A stretch of DNA of 64,000 nt, from positions 2,786,405-2,850,404 of the forward strand of contig OZ244885.1 of NCBI GenBank assembly GCA_965221385.1, read 5' to 3'. Shown one piece after another: positions 48,555-57,729 of the stretch. The notes under the pieces were generated by a model. The model searched no databases. It was not told the DNA's origin and saw nothing but the letters and a program-made list of their open reading frames with translations. Position 1 is the stretch's first letter. Each line of letters opens with the position of its first letter. The position numbers and the translations under genes were made by a program. Source of the DNA: Dehalococcoidia bacterium. GTDB taxonomy: Bacteria; Chloroflexota; Dehalococcoidia; Lucifugimonadales; UBA3495.

Positions 48555-50417
48555 TTACTGGGTGAACCTCATGGTATTGAGCCGGATTCTGGGGTCGTAG
48601 CGCGGTTCCCATTCCAGGTTCGGCGCCAGGCCATATACCTGTACCGACACGAAGAAGGGCAGGAACCAGTATTCGTCATGGATGGTCTGGGCCAACGCCT
48701 CCATCTTCCGCTGCCGTTCCGGTCCCAGGTCAGTCGCGATGGCATCGGCGACACTTTCCTGGAAGGTCATGCCGTCAAGTCCGGGGGCCAGATTGCACAC
48801 CCGGCTGTTGACGTTGTGGCAGCTGTTCCGTAGGAGAAGCTGGCGCTGCATGTCCAGCATCTCGTTGGACGTGGCCGTCTCGTAGTAGTGGGTGGAAGAA
48901 CCTATCCCGGGCGGGTCCTGGTTGGCGCAGTCAAGCTGCAGTTCCGGACCGTCCAGGGCGCCGCAACCGGAGCGGCGGACTTCCCTGGCCTTCGAGGGTT
49001 CCAGCACCACCAACTCGGCGTTCACGCCCAGGTCCCGCCACCCGGCAACCACGGACTCGAACATTTCCAGCCCGCGGTAAACGCGGTCGGCCCGGGTGTG
49101 AATCTTGATGTTGGGGTTGGCGTCGAAGTTGTTGGAGTTGCTGTCGTATTCGGAGCTGTAGTAGCCGCTGGACGCGAGCAACTCGCGGGACATTTCAGGA
49201 TTGTACTCGTAGGGGGCGAAATTGCTCTCGTTGATGCCGACGGTGCCCCACTGGGAAATGTTGCCAATGCACTCCTGAAGGCCATCGTAGAGAACCTCCA
49301 TAAGGGTCTGGCAATCCACGGCGTGGGCCAGCGCCCTCCTGACATCCTTGTTCTGCAACTGGGGATGCCAGATGTTGTCCGCCACCAGCGTGAATACCTC
49401 GTTATTGGTGCCGGTCTTGGCAACCGGGACGGCGCCGATGTTTTCGAAACCGATGTCAACGGCCCAGTGGCCCTCGCCGGATTCAATCATCGCCGCCCTG
49501 ACCAGGGGTTCGGAACGCCAGACCTGCCTGGCGGTGGTAACGGCTGGCGCCTGGGCGTCAAAGGCATTGTTGGCCTTGTACTCCGGGTAGGCCTCCAGCT
49601 GCACCTCCACACCGGGCACGTGCTCGACGATGCGGTAGGGACCCAGGCCCACGGTCATGGTTGCCTGGTCGTCCTCGCTGGCGTTGTTCCACCATTCGGG
49701 GGCCTGGAAGGTGGTGAAAATGGCCGAGCGGGGGAAGATGGGGCAGGCTACCTCGCAAATCACATCTACGGTGAGTTCGTCCACCACTTCACCGGAGATG
49801 ACGCCGTGGAATCCAAAGGCGCCGCGGCCATGGCCGGAGGTTTCCTTGTCTCCCATGTAGTCGATGCCCATCTTGGCTGCTTCAGAGTTCCAGGGTTCGC
49901 CATTGTGGAAGGTTACGCCCTCGCGCAGGCTGAACCGCCACCGGTTGGGTTCCTGTTGGGCCCAGCTTTCCACACCGGTCAGGGGAACGACCTCGAAGGT
50001 TGTGCTGTCGATCCAGGTGAGGGGATCGGAAGCTATTTCTTCACAAATAGTGCTGGGGACATTTCCGCTGCAGCCGGCGCTCCAAGTACTCAGGGAATCC
50101 GGTTCTTCCTGAGTAACGAAGATTATCTCGTCGGATGCGGTAAATGCGGCGCCAGGGGTCGGAGTGGGTACGGGGGTGGCGGTCGCGGCCGCCGTGTCCG
50201 CCGCCGGGGTGGGGGTGGACTGGAACCGGTTTTCAAGAGAGGTATCGGTGTTTATCGCCGTGGTGGGGGCCGCAGACTGGCTGGGTTCTTCACCCGAACC
50301 GGCCGGCTCCTGAGACTGAGGAGCCGATGACCCACAGGCAACCGCCACCAGGGCCAGGAGGGCGGCAACGCCGATCAAATACCTCCGCCAAAGGATCGAG
50401 AAATTGCGTGGTACCAT
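48555..50417 (-). CDS. ABC family-5 substrate-binding lipoprotein, Cys-rich (paralog 1)
   Basis: Lipobox AVAC, PTPTP linker, WRFSLREGVTFHNGEP and VRRALAHAVD. Confidence 0.9.
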   Translation of the reverse strand: MVPRNFSILWRRYLIGVAALLALVAVACGSSAPQSQEPAGSGEEPSQSAAPTTAINTDTSLENRFQSTPTPAADTAAATATPVPTPTPGAAFTASDEIIFVTQEEPDSLSTWSAGCSGNVPSTICEEIASDPLTWIDSTTFEVVPLTGVESWAQQEPNRWRFSLREGVTFHNGEPWNSEAAKMGIDYMGDKETSGHGRGAFGFHGVISGEVVDELTVDVICEVACPIFPRSAIFTTFQAPEWWNNASEDDQATMTVGLGPYRIVEHVPGVEVQLEAYPEYKANNAFDAQAPAVTTARQVWRSEPLVRAAMIESGEGHWAVDIGFENIGAVPVAKTGTNNEVFTLVADNIWHPQLQNKDVRRALAHAVDCQTLMEVLYDGLQECIGNISQWGTVGINESNFAPYEYNPEMSRELLASSGYYSSEYDSNSNNFDANPNIKIHTRADRVYRGLEMFESVVAGWRDLGVNAELVVLEPSKAREVRRSGCGALDGPELQLDCANQDPPGIGSSTHYYETATSNEMLDMQRQLLLRNSCHNVNSRVCNLAPGLDGMTFQESVADAIATDLGPERQRKMEALAQTIHDEYWFLPFFVSVQVYGLAPNLEWEPRYDPRIRLNTMRFTQ

Positions 50418-50821
50418 GGTTGGTGAAAACCTCCGCGCTTCTGAATTATCTCACGCCATACCCAGGGAAAGGCGTGACACGGCGGATTTGACACCAATAT
50501 CATGGGCCCATGAACCTGGTTGAGAACCGATCAACTGCCTGCCCTTGGGCAGGGCGAAAGATTGGGAAAAGTTATACATGGCCCGCCCTGCAATGTCAAC
50601 AGCCCCTGTAGCCTCTGGCATGGTTCAGGTATGGCCGGAAACAGGCAAGCCCACCTCGTGCTTTTGCCAGGTCAATATTATCCTGGCTGGTAGGCACACA
50701 AAGTCGCCCGGCAGACTCTACCCTTTTCCCGTCCCTTTCCACCCGGTTCCTGCTCAAGGCAGACCTCGCCGGGGCCTGCCAACGGTGCGGGGCCAGTCTT
50801 CCGCCGCCGCGTACTGTGACG

Positions 50822-50856
50822 AAAAAGCCCCGGCCCACTCGAAAGCGGGCCGGGGC
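50822..50856 (-). terminator. Intrinsic terminator
   Basis: GCCCCGGCCC...GGGCCGGGGC with a U tract on the minus strand. Confidence 0.8.
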
Positions 50857-50881
50857 GTCCATGGCATAGGGCCAACCAAAT

Positions 50882-52792
50882 CTACTGGGTAAACCGCATG
50901 GAATTCACGCGGGTGCGAGGATCGTAGCGGGGTTCCCATTCAAGGTTCTCCGCCATACCGTACACCTGCACCGACACGAAGAAGGGCAGGAACCAGTACT
51001 CATCGTGGATGATCTGGGCCATCGCCTCCATCTTGCGGGTCCGCTCCGGGCCCAGGGGAGTTTCGATGGCGTCGGTGATGCTCTCCTCAAATGTCATGCC
51101 GTCCAGGCCGGGCACCAGGTTGCAAACCCGGCTGTTGACGTTGAAGCAACTGTTCCGCAGCACCAATTGGCGTTGCATGTCCAGGGCTTCGTTGGAAGTT
51201 GCCGTTTCGTAGTAGTGAGTCGAGGAACCGAAAGGAGCGGGGGGCTGCTGCTCCGCGCAGGCCAGTGCCCCGGAGCGATCCTGGCTCCCGTCGTCGTTCA
51301 CCACGATGAACTTGCCGCATCCCGACCGCCGAGCCTCGCGGGCCCGGTTGGGTTCCAGAACCACCACGTGGGCGTTCACGCCCAGGTCCCGCCAGGTGGA
51401 AACCACCGACTCAAACATTTCGAGGCCCCGGTACACCCTCGCGGCGCGGGTGTGAATGCGGATTTCCTCGTTCACGTCGTAGTTGTTCTCGGCTGGATCG
51501 TAATCAGGCTTGTAGTAGCCGGAAGAGGCCAGCAGTTCACGGGACTTATCCGGATCGAAGCCGTAGTCCGCGTAGTTGCTTTCGTTGATTCCCACGGTTC
51601 CCCACTGGGAAATGTTTCCGATGCACTCCTGCAGGCCGTCATAGAGGACTTCCATCAAGGTCTGGCAGTCCACCCCCAGGTTTAGAGCCTGTCGGACTTC
51701 CTTCTTCCTCAGTTCCGGGTGCCAAATGTTGTCGGCCACCAGGGTGAAAACCTCATTGTTGGTGCCGCTCTTGGCCACCGGAACGGCTTCGATGTTCTCG
51801 AAACCAATGTCCACCGCCCAGTCAGCTTCCCCCGCCTGAATCATGGCGGCGCGGACCAGGGGTTCGGGACGCCAAACTTGGAAGGCGCTGCGGATTGATG
51901 GGGCCTGGGCGTCGAAGGCAGAATTGGCCTTGTAGTCTTCGTAGGCCTCGATTTCAACCTCAACCCCAGGACGCCACTCGACTATCTTATAGGGGCCGAT
52001 ACCGATGGTATTGCGCTCCCGGTCATCTTCATCGGCGCTCTGGTACCACTGGGGCGCCTGGAAGACGGTGAAAATAGCGGTGCGCGGGAAGATGGGGCAG
52101 GGGCCATCACAGATCACGTCCACCGTCAGTTCATCGACGGCTTCCCCGCTGATCTTCTGGTGGAAGCTGTAGCCGCCGCCAATGTCGGGGCGACCATTCT
52201 GGTCCAAGTTCCACGCCACGGCATCGGCGTTCCAGGGTTCCCCATTGTGGAACGCCACGCCCTCCCGCAGGTTGAACCGCCACCTTACCGGGTCAATCTG
52301 GGACCAGGACTCCACCCCGCTCAGCGGAACCACTTCGAAGTTGCTGCTGTCAATCCACGTGAAGGGATCAGTGGCAATCTCCTCGCAAATCATGGAGGGG
52401 ACGTTACCGCTGCAACCGTCGCTGAAGGTTCCCAGGGACGTGGGTTCCTCCTGGGTAACCAGAATGATGGTGTCCTTTGCCGAAAATGCCGCGCCTGGCG
52501 TGGGCGTGGGCGCCGCCGTAGGAACGGCATCACCCATGGACGCAGACGGCGTGGGTGTTGATGCGAATTGCCGTGTCTCGGTCAGAGCCCTGGCGTCCGT
52601 GGGTACGGCGGGGGCTTCGGCCGGCTGCTCGACCGCCGCCGGCTGGGCCGGGTCCGCCGGAGCAGAGGAACCCGATGGCTCGGAGGCCGGAGCCTGGGTC
52701 TCTGTTGGACCGCAGGCCACCGCCAAGATGGTGACGATTATCGTTGAAAGTAGCATGGCTCTTCGCCATGAAATAACTCCGAAAAACCTCAT
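50882..52792 (-). CDS. ABC family-5 substrate-binding lipoprotein, Cys-rich (paralog 2)
   Basis: Lipobox AVAC; long stretches near-identical to 48555..50417. Confidence 0.9.
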   Translation of the reverse strand: MRFFGVISWRRAMLLSTIIVTILAVACGPTETQAPASEPSGSSAPADPAQPAAVEQPAEAPAVPTDARALTETRQFASTPTPSASMGDAVPTAAPTPTPGAAFSAKDTIILVTQEEPTSLGTFSDGCSGNVPSMICEEIATDPFTWIDSSNFEVVPLSGVESWSQIDPVRWRFNLREGVAFHNGEPWNADAVAWNLDQNGRPDIGGGYSFHQKISGEAVDELTVDVICDGPCPIFPRTAIFTVFQAPQWYQSADEDDRERNTIGIGPYKIVEWRPGVEVEIEAYEDYKANSAFDAQAPSIRSAFQVWRPEPLVRAAMIQAGEADWAVDIGFENIEAVPVAKSGTNNEVFTLVADNIWHPELRKKEVRQALNLGVDCQTLMEVLYDGLQECIGNISQWGTVGINESNYADYGFDPDKSRELLASSGYYKPDYDPAENNYDVNEEIRIHTRAARVYRGLEMFESVVSTWRDLGVNAHVVVLEPNRAREARRSGCGKFIVVNDDGSQDRSGALACAEQQPPAPFGSSTHYYETATSNEALDMQRQLVLRNSCFNVNSRVCNLVPGLDGMTFEESITDAIETPLGPERTRKMEAMAQIIHDEYWFLPFFVSVQVYGMAENLEWEPRYDPRTRVNSMRFTQ

Positions 52793-52947
52793 TCTCCTCA
52801 ATCCTCCTGCAAACGTTGAACAGTCACTTCGAGGGAAATCTACGCCTTTCCTCTATGCCGATTGGCGGGGGCCCGGCCCAAACGAGCTGCCATGTAAAAA
52901 TTCCGAAGACGAGACGGTCGAAGGTGCCTGCCCGCCAATTCCCGAAA

Positions 52948-52976
52948 CTTATACTCTTAAACGATTTGTTTGTCAA
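52948..52976 (-). promoter_or_regulatory. Putative promoter of SBP paralog 2
   Basis: Minus strand TTGACA-17-TATAAG. Confidence 0.6.
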
Positions 52977-53377
52977 TATTGTGTAACATACTATGCGAGA
53001 GTTGCTATTTGGCTATTAGCGTTACGAAAAGATTATTGATAACCCTAAATATTGACGTATACGAGAATAGTGGGGAAGGAATCCAGTACGGACAACTTTC
53101 GTAGTGATTACGATTTCCTGCACCCGAAACAGTTGCCCGCAATCTCCTGACACTGACGGCCTCCTTTCAGCAGGGACACTTGTTGCCAAACGGAAAAAAC
53201 CTAGTACCATGTAAATGGGGAACAGAATTTCCTGGCCGATCGACCTCCCAACTGCGGGATTGGTTGTGCCAGCGGTTAAAGTAGGGTTAATGATGCTGGT
53301 GCGCCCGGCTCCGGTATCGTCATTCCTGAGGTCGGTATTCCCGGAAGGCCTATTGCTATTTTGTTTGGGTGCAAATA

Positions 53378-53836
53378 ATGAAGCTGCCAGTTTCGTTGGT
53401 TGAAGGCGGAATCTACGGCTACGTCATTCCGTTGGCAAGAACCATTGCCGGCCTGTTCGTGGGCATGATGCTGGGGATACTCGGGGGATGGGCGGCGCTT
53501 ACCTTTAACGCCATGGTTGGCTATCCGTGGAATGCCGGTGTGCACCTTTCCATATATATCCTCGGCATCGGCCTGGGGGCGGGCATCGGCGCCTACGTGG
53601 GCTGGATCAACCTCAGCCTGAGGTGGTACGCCATAGCTATCATGGTCGTCCTGGTCGTCGCAGCGGGCGTCGTAGGCAGCGCCGTGGGAAATCTCTATTG
53701 GAACGTATTCACCGATGCCACCTACATGGGCGCCCGGGACACCAGGGTCAACGTCACCCACTTCGGCGCGGCCCTGTCCGCCGCCGCCGTTGCAACCCTG
53801 TTCGGCCTCTACTACCACTTCCGCACCCGCGGTTAG
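53378..53836 (+). CDS. Hypothetical membrane protein (about 4 Gly-rich TM helices)
   Basis: Four hydrophobic segments; GC3-rich codon usage. Confidence 0.7.
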   Translation: MKLPVSLVEGGIYGYVIPLARTIAGLFVGMMLGILGGWAALTFNAMVGYPWNAGVHLSIYILGIGLGAGIGAYVGWINLSLRWYAIAIMVVLVVAAGVVGSAVGNLYWNVFTDATYMGARDTRVNVTHFGAALSAAAVATLFGLYYHFRTRG

Positions 53837-53949
53837 AGCCCCTTCCCAAACCGGGGCCCAGCGCTTGCACCGGAAGCCGGTGGCCGCTTGACCCGGCCCT
53901 GGGAGGGTGACGCTCTCCTGCCCATACCAATACCTTGAGGTGGCTCGTC

Positions 53950-55344
53950 TTGACTTCTACCGACATCACCGGACAACTGGCTCGCTACATGGCGGCGGCC
54001 AAGGACCGGCCGTTGCCTGCCGATGTGGCCATGGCCGGCAAGCATCGCATCCTTGACACCCTGGGGGCCGTCATTTCCGGCGCCCGTCTGAAGCCGGGAG
54101 AAATGACCATCAACTACATTCGCCGGCAGGGGGGCTACCCGGAATCGTCGGTGCTGGCCACAGACATCAGGACCTCTGCGGTCAACGCGGCCCTGGCCAA
54201 CGGCATGTTCGGCCATGCCGACGAAACCGACGATTTTGAACCGGTTACCAAATCCCATCCCGGCTGTTCGGTGGTGCCGGCGGCCCTGGCCATGGCGGAA
54301 CGGGCCGGCAGTTCCGGCGAGGCCCTGCTGCGGGCGGTGACGTTGGGTTACGACCTGTGTTGCCGGTTCCTTTTGGCGCTGGATCCGGATGCAGTCCGGG
54401 GCGGCCATCGCAGCGCCGAGGGTACCAGTTCCACCATGGGCAGCGTTGGGGCCGCATCGTCAATCGCCGGATTGGACGAGGCCGGGATGCGGTACGCCCT
54501 CTCCTATGCTGCCCAGCAGGTATCGGGTATCTGGAGTTGGGTGCGAGATGCCGAGCATGTGGAAAAGGCCTTCGACTTCTCCGGCATGGGCGCTCGGAAC
54601 GGCGTAACGGCGGCGACCATGGCCGAGGCCGGGTTGACTGGGGTTTGGGACGTGCTGGAAGGAGAACACAACGTATTGCAGGCGTTGTCCCTCGACCCCC
54701 GTCCCCAGGAAATGGTGAAGGATTTAGGGAGCAGGTTCTTCGTAACCGAAACGGCCATCAAGCCCTATTCGGTGGGTTATCCGATTCAGGCGGCATTGGA
54801 CGCCTTCTTCACCCTCCAACGCGCCCATGGTCTGACGGTGGACAATGTGGAGAGCATTACCGTTCGCCTGCCGCGGGACGGGGCCAACGTGGTGAACAAC
54901 CGGTCAATGCCCGACGTGAACTGCCAGCACATGATCGCAGTTGCCCTGATGGATGGCGAAGTTACCTTCCTTTCAACTCACGACTATGACCGAATGTTTG
55001 ACCCGGCTACCCTGGAGGTAAAGGAACGGGTCACGCTGATACCTGATGAAGAATTGATGGATCCGTTGGCGCCCCGCAGCGGCAAGGTCGCGGCGACTCT
55101 AACCGGTGGCGCCTCAGTCGAGCATTTCACGCCCCACGCCTACGGAACCAAGGAGAACCCCATGTCCACCGAGGATGTGAACGCCAAGGTGCAGTCCCTG
55201 CTGGAACCGGTACTGGGGCCAAGGAGGGCGGGCGCCGTTATCGATAGGGTGAACGACCTGGAAAACCTGGCGGACGTTCGGGAACTGGTTCCCTACCTGA
55301 CGGTTTCTGCCCAGGAGATGCGGAACCTGCCGTCGTTACATTAG
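53950..55344 (+). CDS. MmgE/PrpD family protein
   Basis: ILDTLG, AALANGMFGHADETDD, HPG and IKPY. Confidence 0.9.
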   Translation: MTSTDITGQLARYMAAAKDRPLPADVAMAGKHRILDTLGAVISGARLKPGEMTINYIRRQGGYPESSVLATDIRTSAVNAALANGMFGHADETDDFEPVTKSHPGCSVVPAALAMAERAGSSGEALLRAVTLGYDLCCRFLLALDPDAVRGGHRSAEGTSSTMGSVGAASSIAGLDEAGMRYALSYAAQQVSGIWSWVRDAEHVEKAFDFSGMGARNGVTAATMAEAGLTGVWDVLEGEHNVLQALSLDPRPQEMVKDLGSRFFVTETAIKPYSVGYPIQAALDAFFTLQRAHGLTVDNVESITVRLPRDGANVVNNRSMPDVNCQHMIAVALMDGEVTFLSTHDYDRMFDPATLEVKERVTLIPDEELMDPLAPRSGKVAATLTGGASVEHFTPHAYGTKENPMSTEDVNAKVQSLLEPVLGPRRAGAVIDRVNDLENLADVRELVPYLTVSAQEMRNLPSLH

Positions 55345-55367
55345 GCCCGGAAACAAGGGCAAACTTA

Positions 55368-55402
55368 GGGGCTGCCGCGAAAATTGCGGCAGCCCCGTTT
55401 TC
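55368..55402 (+). terminator. Intrinsic terminator (possibly bidirectional)
   Basis: GGGGCTGCCGC-GAAAATT-GCGGCAGCCCC followed by GTTTT. Confidence 0.8.
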
Positions 55403-55458
55403 ATTCGGTCGTTCTGTTACCTATAGTCGGGCGCTGGCGGCCCTGAGCTATCGAACCG

Positions 55459-56598
55459 TTACCACTGGACGAACATGGGCATGACCACGTGCACGTAGTC
55501 TTCCGAACCAACGGGCTTGAACACTCCAGGGCTGGACGAAGTGGTGGTTTCCAGAGCAACCTGGCCCCGCTCCAGCACCGTCAGCACATCCTGCAGGTAG
55601 CGGCTGTTGAAGGCAATTTTCGACTCACCCCCCTCAACGGCTTCCGCATCCACCTCGCCATGGTTTTCGCCCACCTCCTCGGAGCGGGCGGATACGATGG
55701 CCTTGCCGGCCAGCCCCTCCTCTTCCGCGGGCGTCATCTGCAACCGGATAATGTTGCTGCCGTCCCGGGCGAAGATGGCGGCCGTTCGGGTTGCTCCCAG
55801 GAGCTTCTGCAGGTCGAAGACGCTCCGGTTGTCATAATTCTGCGGGATAAGCTGGTCGTAATTTGGGAAGGTTCCCTGCAGCAACTGGGATACTACTTCC
55901 ACCCCGCCAACCTTGAACAGAACCTGACCCCGGGCGGGTACCATCATTATTTCCACCGGCGTGTCCTGGTCGCCCAATAGTCGGGTCAACTCGTTGAGGG
56001 TTCGGGCCGGCACTATAACGTCAATGTCCTCCGCCACCGGCTCGGCCAATGCTCCGTGCTGGACCGCCAGCCGGAACCCGTCGGCGGCGGCGAGGGTGTA
56101 CCGGTCGCCGGACAGTTTGGCTTCTACGCCCGTCAGCACGGGGCGGGACTCCTCCGTGGCCGCCGCAAAGACCACCCGGGAAATGGCGGCCTTGAACTCT
56201 TGAGCGGCGATCTGAGCGCTGATACCCTCCTCCACCTGGGGTATGGGCGGAAAATCATCGGAGCTGGCCCCGTGAATCCGGGCCTGGGCCCGGCCACACG
56301 TCAAATCCATAACGCCGCTGCCCGCCTCCAAATCCAGGTCGATGCGATCGCTGGGCAGCGAGTTCACAAACTCTGTAAGAAGGCGAGCTGGCAGGGTAAT
56401 CGATCCCTCCTCCTCGATCATCGCCCCGATCCAGGTGGTAATGGCAATCTCAAGGTTGGTTGCCGACAGCTTCAGCATGGAACGGTCGGTTTCCAGCAGT
56501 ACGTTCTGGGTTATGGGTAACGTTGCCCGGCTGGCAACGGCCCGGCCAACGACGGCCAGTCCACGACTGAGGTTTTCCTGGAGGCATGAAAGTTTCAT
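55459..56598 (-). CDS. dnaN: DNA polymerase III beta sliding clamp
   Basis: LSATNLE, SRPVLTG, AADGFRL, GTFPNY, IAFNSRYL and VVMPM. Confidence 0.96.
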   Translation of the reverse strand: MKLSCLQENLSRGLAVVGRAVASRATLPITQNVLLETDRSMLKLSATNLEIAITTWIGAMIEEEGSITLPARLLTEFVNSLPSDRIDLDLEAGSGVMDLTCGRAQARIHGASSDDFPPIPQVEEGISAQIAAQEFKAAISRVVFAAATEESRPVLTGVEAKLSGDRYTLAAADGFRLAVQHGALAEPVAEDIDVIVPARTLNELTRLLGDQDTPVEIMMVPARGQVLFKVGGVEVVSQLLQGTFPNYDQLIPQNYDNRSVFDLQKLLGATRTAAIFARDGSNIIRLQMTPAEEEGLAGKAIVSARSEEVGENHGEVDAEAVEGGESKIAFNSRYLQDVLTVLERGQVALETTTSSSPGVFKPVGSEDYVHVVMPMFVQW

Positions 56599-56883
56599 GG
56601 AAGGGTCACCTTTTCAAGGATGGGTTGTGCTGGAATCTTCCCGGTTGGCCAGGGTAAGTGGATTTTAAGCCATAAAGCCCCTATGCGCAAAGGCGGAGTG
56701 TCAGTAAATCCTTCGTTCGGTAATCGTGCAGGTAATTCCTGCAACGCCTCGCTAAGTCTAATGGCCCGGGCTTCATGGGATTTGATGGAATCGTCAGCCC
56801 GTGCCGCCCAAGCCCTGTCTGCTATAATGCTTGCATCACTCGGTTACCTGCAATCAGGTAGCCGCTACCGGGGTGGTTTCGAC

Positions 56884-57594
56884 ATGACGGAGCTTCTGGC
56901 TCAGCTCGATGCCTACGCGCAGGAATTCTCGGCAACCGTCCTCGAGGTACTGGAGGAAGGGGTAGTCCTGGACCGGACCGCCTTCTATATTGGGGGTGGC
57001 GGCCAACCCTGCGATACCGGAATCCTCTCCGACGGTGGGAACACCTACGAAGTCAAAGGGGTGCGCCGGGTCGATGGCAAGGTAGTTCACCAGATGGACG
57101 GCGTCATGCCGGCCCAAGGAAGCGCCGTAACCGGGCAGATCGACTGGGAAACTCGGTACCGGCTCATGCGAACCCACACTGCCCTGCACATTCTCTGCGG
57201 CGTGGTGTGGCGGGACTACGGCGCGAAAGTTACGGGCGGGGACATGCGTCCCGGCGAGGCCCGCATGGACTTTGAGCTGGAGCAGATGAGCAGCGAGTTT
57301 GCTCATGAGGTAGAGGAAAAGGTTAACGCCGAGGTGGCCGCATCCCGGCCCATCCACGTCAACGTATTGACTCGCTCCGAAGCGGAGGCGACCCCCGACC
57401 TGATTCGGACCAAGATTAACTTGCTTCCCGCCAACATTCAGGAAGTGCGAACCATAGATATATCTGGTCTGGATCTGCAGGCTGACGGGGGCACCCACGT
57501 TGCCAACACCTCCGAGGTGGGAACCATCCGGGTGGTGGGCCACGAAAGCAAGGGAAGAATCAACAAGCGGCTGAGAATAGCGCTGGTGGATTAA
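56884..57594 (+). CDS. alaX: Alanyl-tRNA editing protein, AlaX-M type
   Basis: LDRTAFYIGGGGQPCDTG, HTALH and GGTHV. Extended -10 TGCTATAAT at 56820. Confidence 0.88.
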   Translation: MTELLAQLDAYAQEFSATVLEVLEEGVVLDRTAFYIGGGGQPCDTGILSDGGNTYEVKGVRRVDGKVVHQMDGVMPAQGSAVTGQIDWETRYRLMRTHTALHILCGVVWRDYGAKVTGGDMRPGEARMDFELEQMSSEFAHEVEEKVNAEVAASRPIHVNVLTRSEAEATPDLIRTKINLLPANIQEVRTIDISGLDLQADGGTHVANTSEVGTIRVVGHESKGRINKRLRIALVD

Positions 57595-57729
57595 GGCCCG
57601 ATATGAACCAACCCGGCGCATTGAAAGCCGCCGCAAATGCTACCCGCACCCGCTTGGGCAGTTTTGCCCATGTCCTGGCGAAAGTCACGGCCACGAAAAA
57701 ATCACTCCTCCCTCCACGGTAGAAGTCCC

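Noticed and set aside
52972..53056. GTCAATATT/AATATTGAC inverted repeat and AT-rich gap as a possible oriC or mobile element end
   Set aside because: Explained by back-to-back TTGAC -35 elements; no DnaA boxes or transposase.
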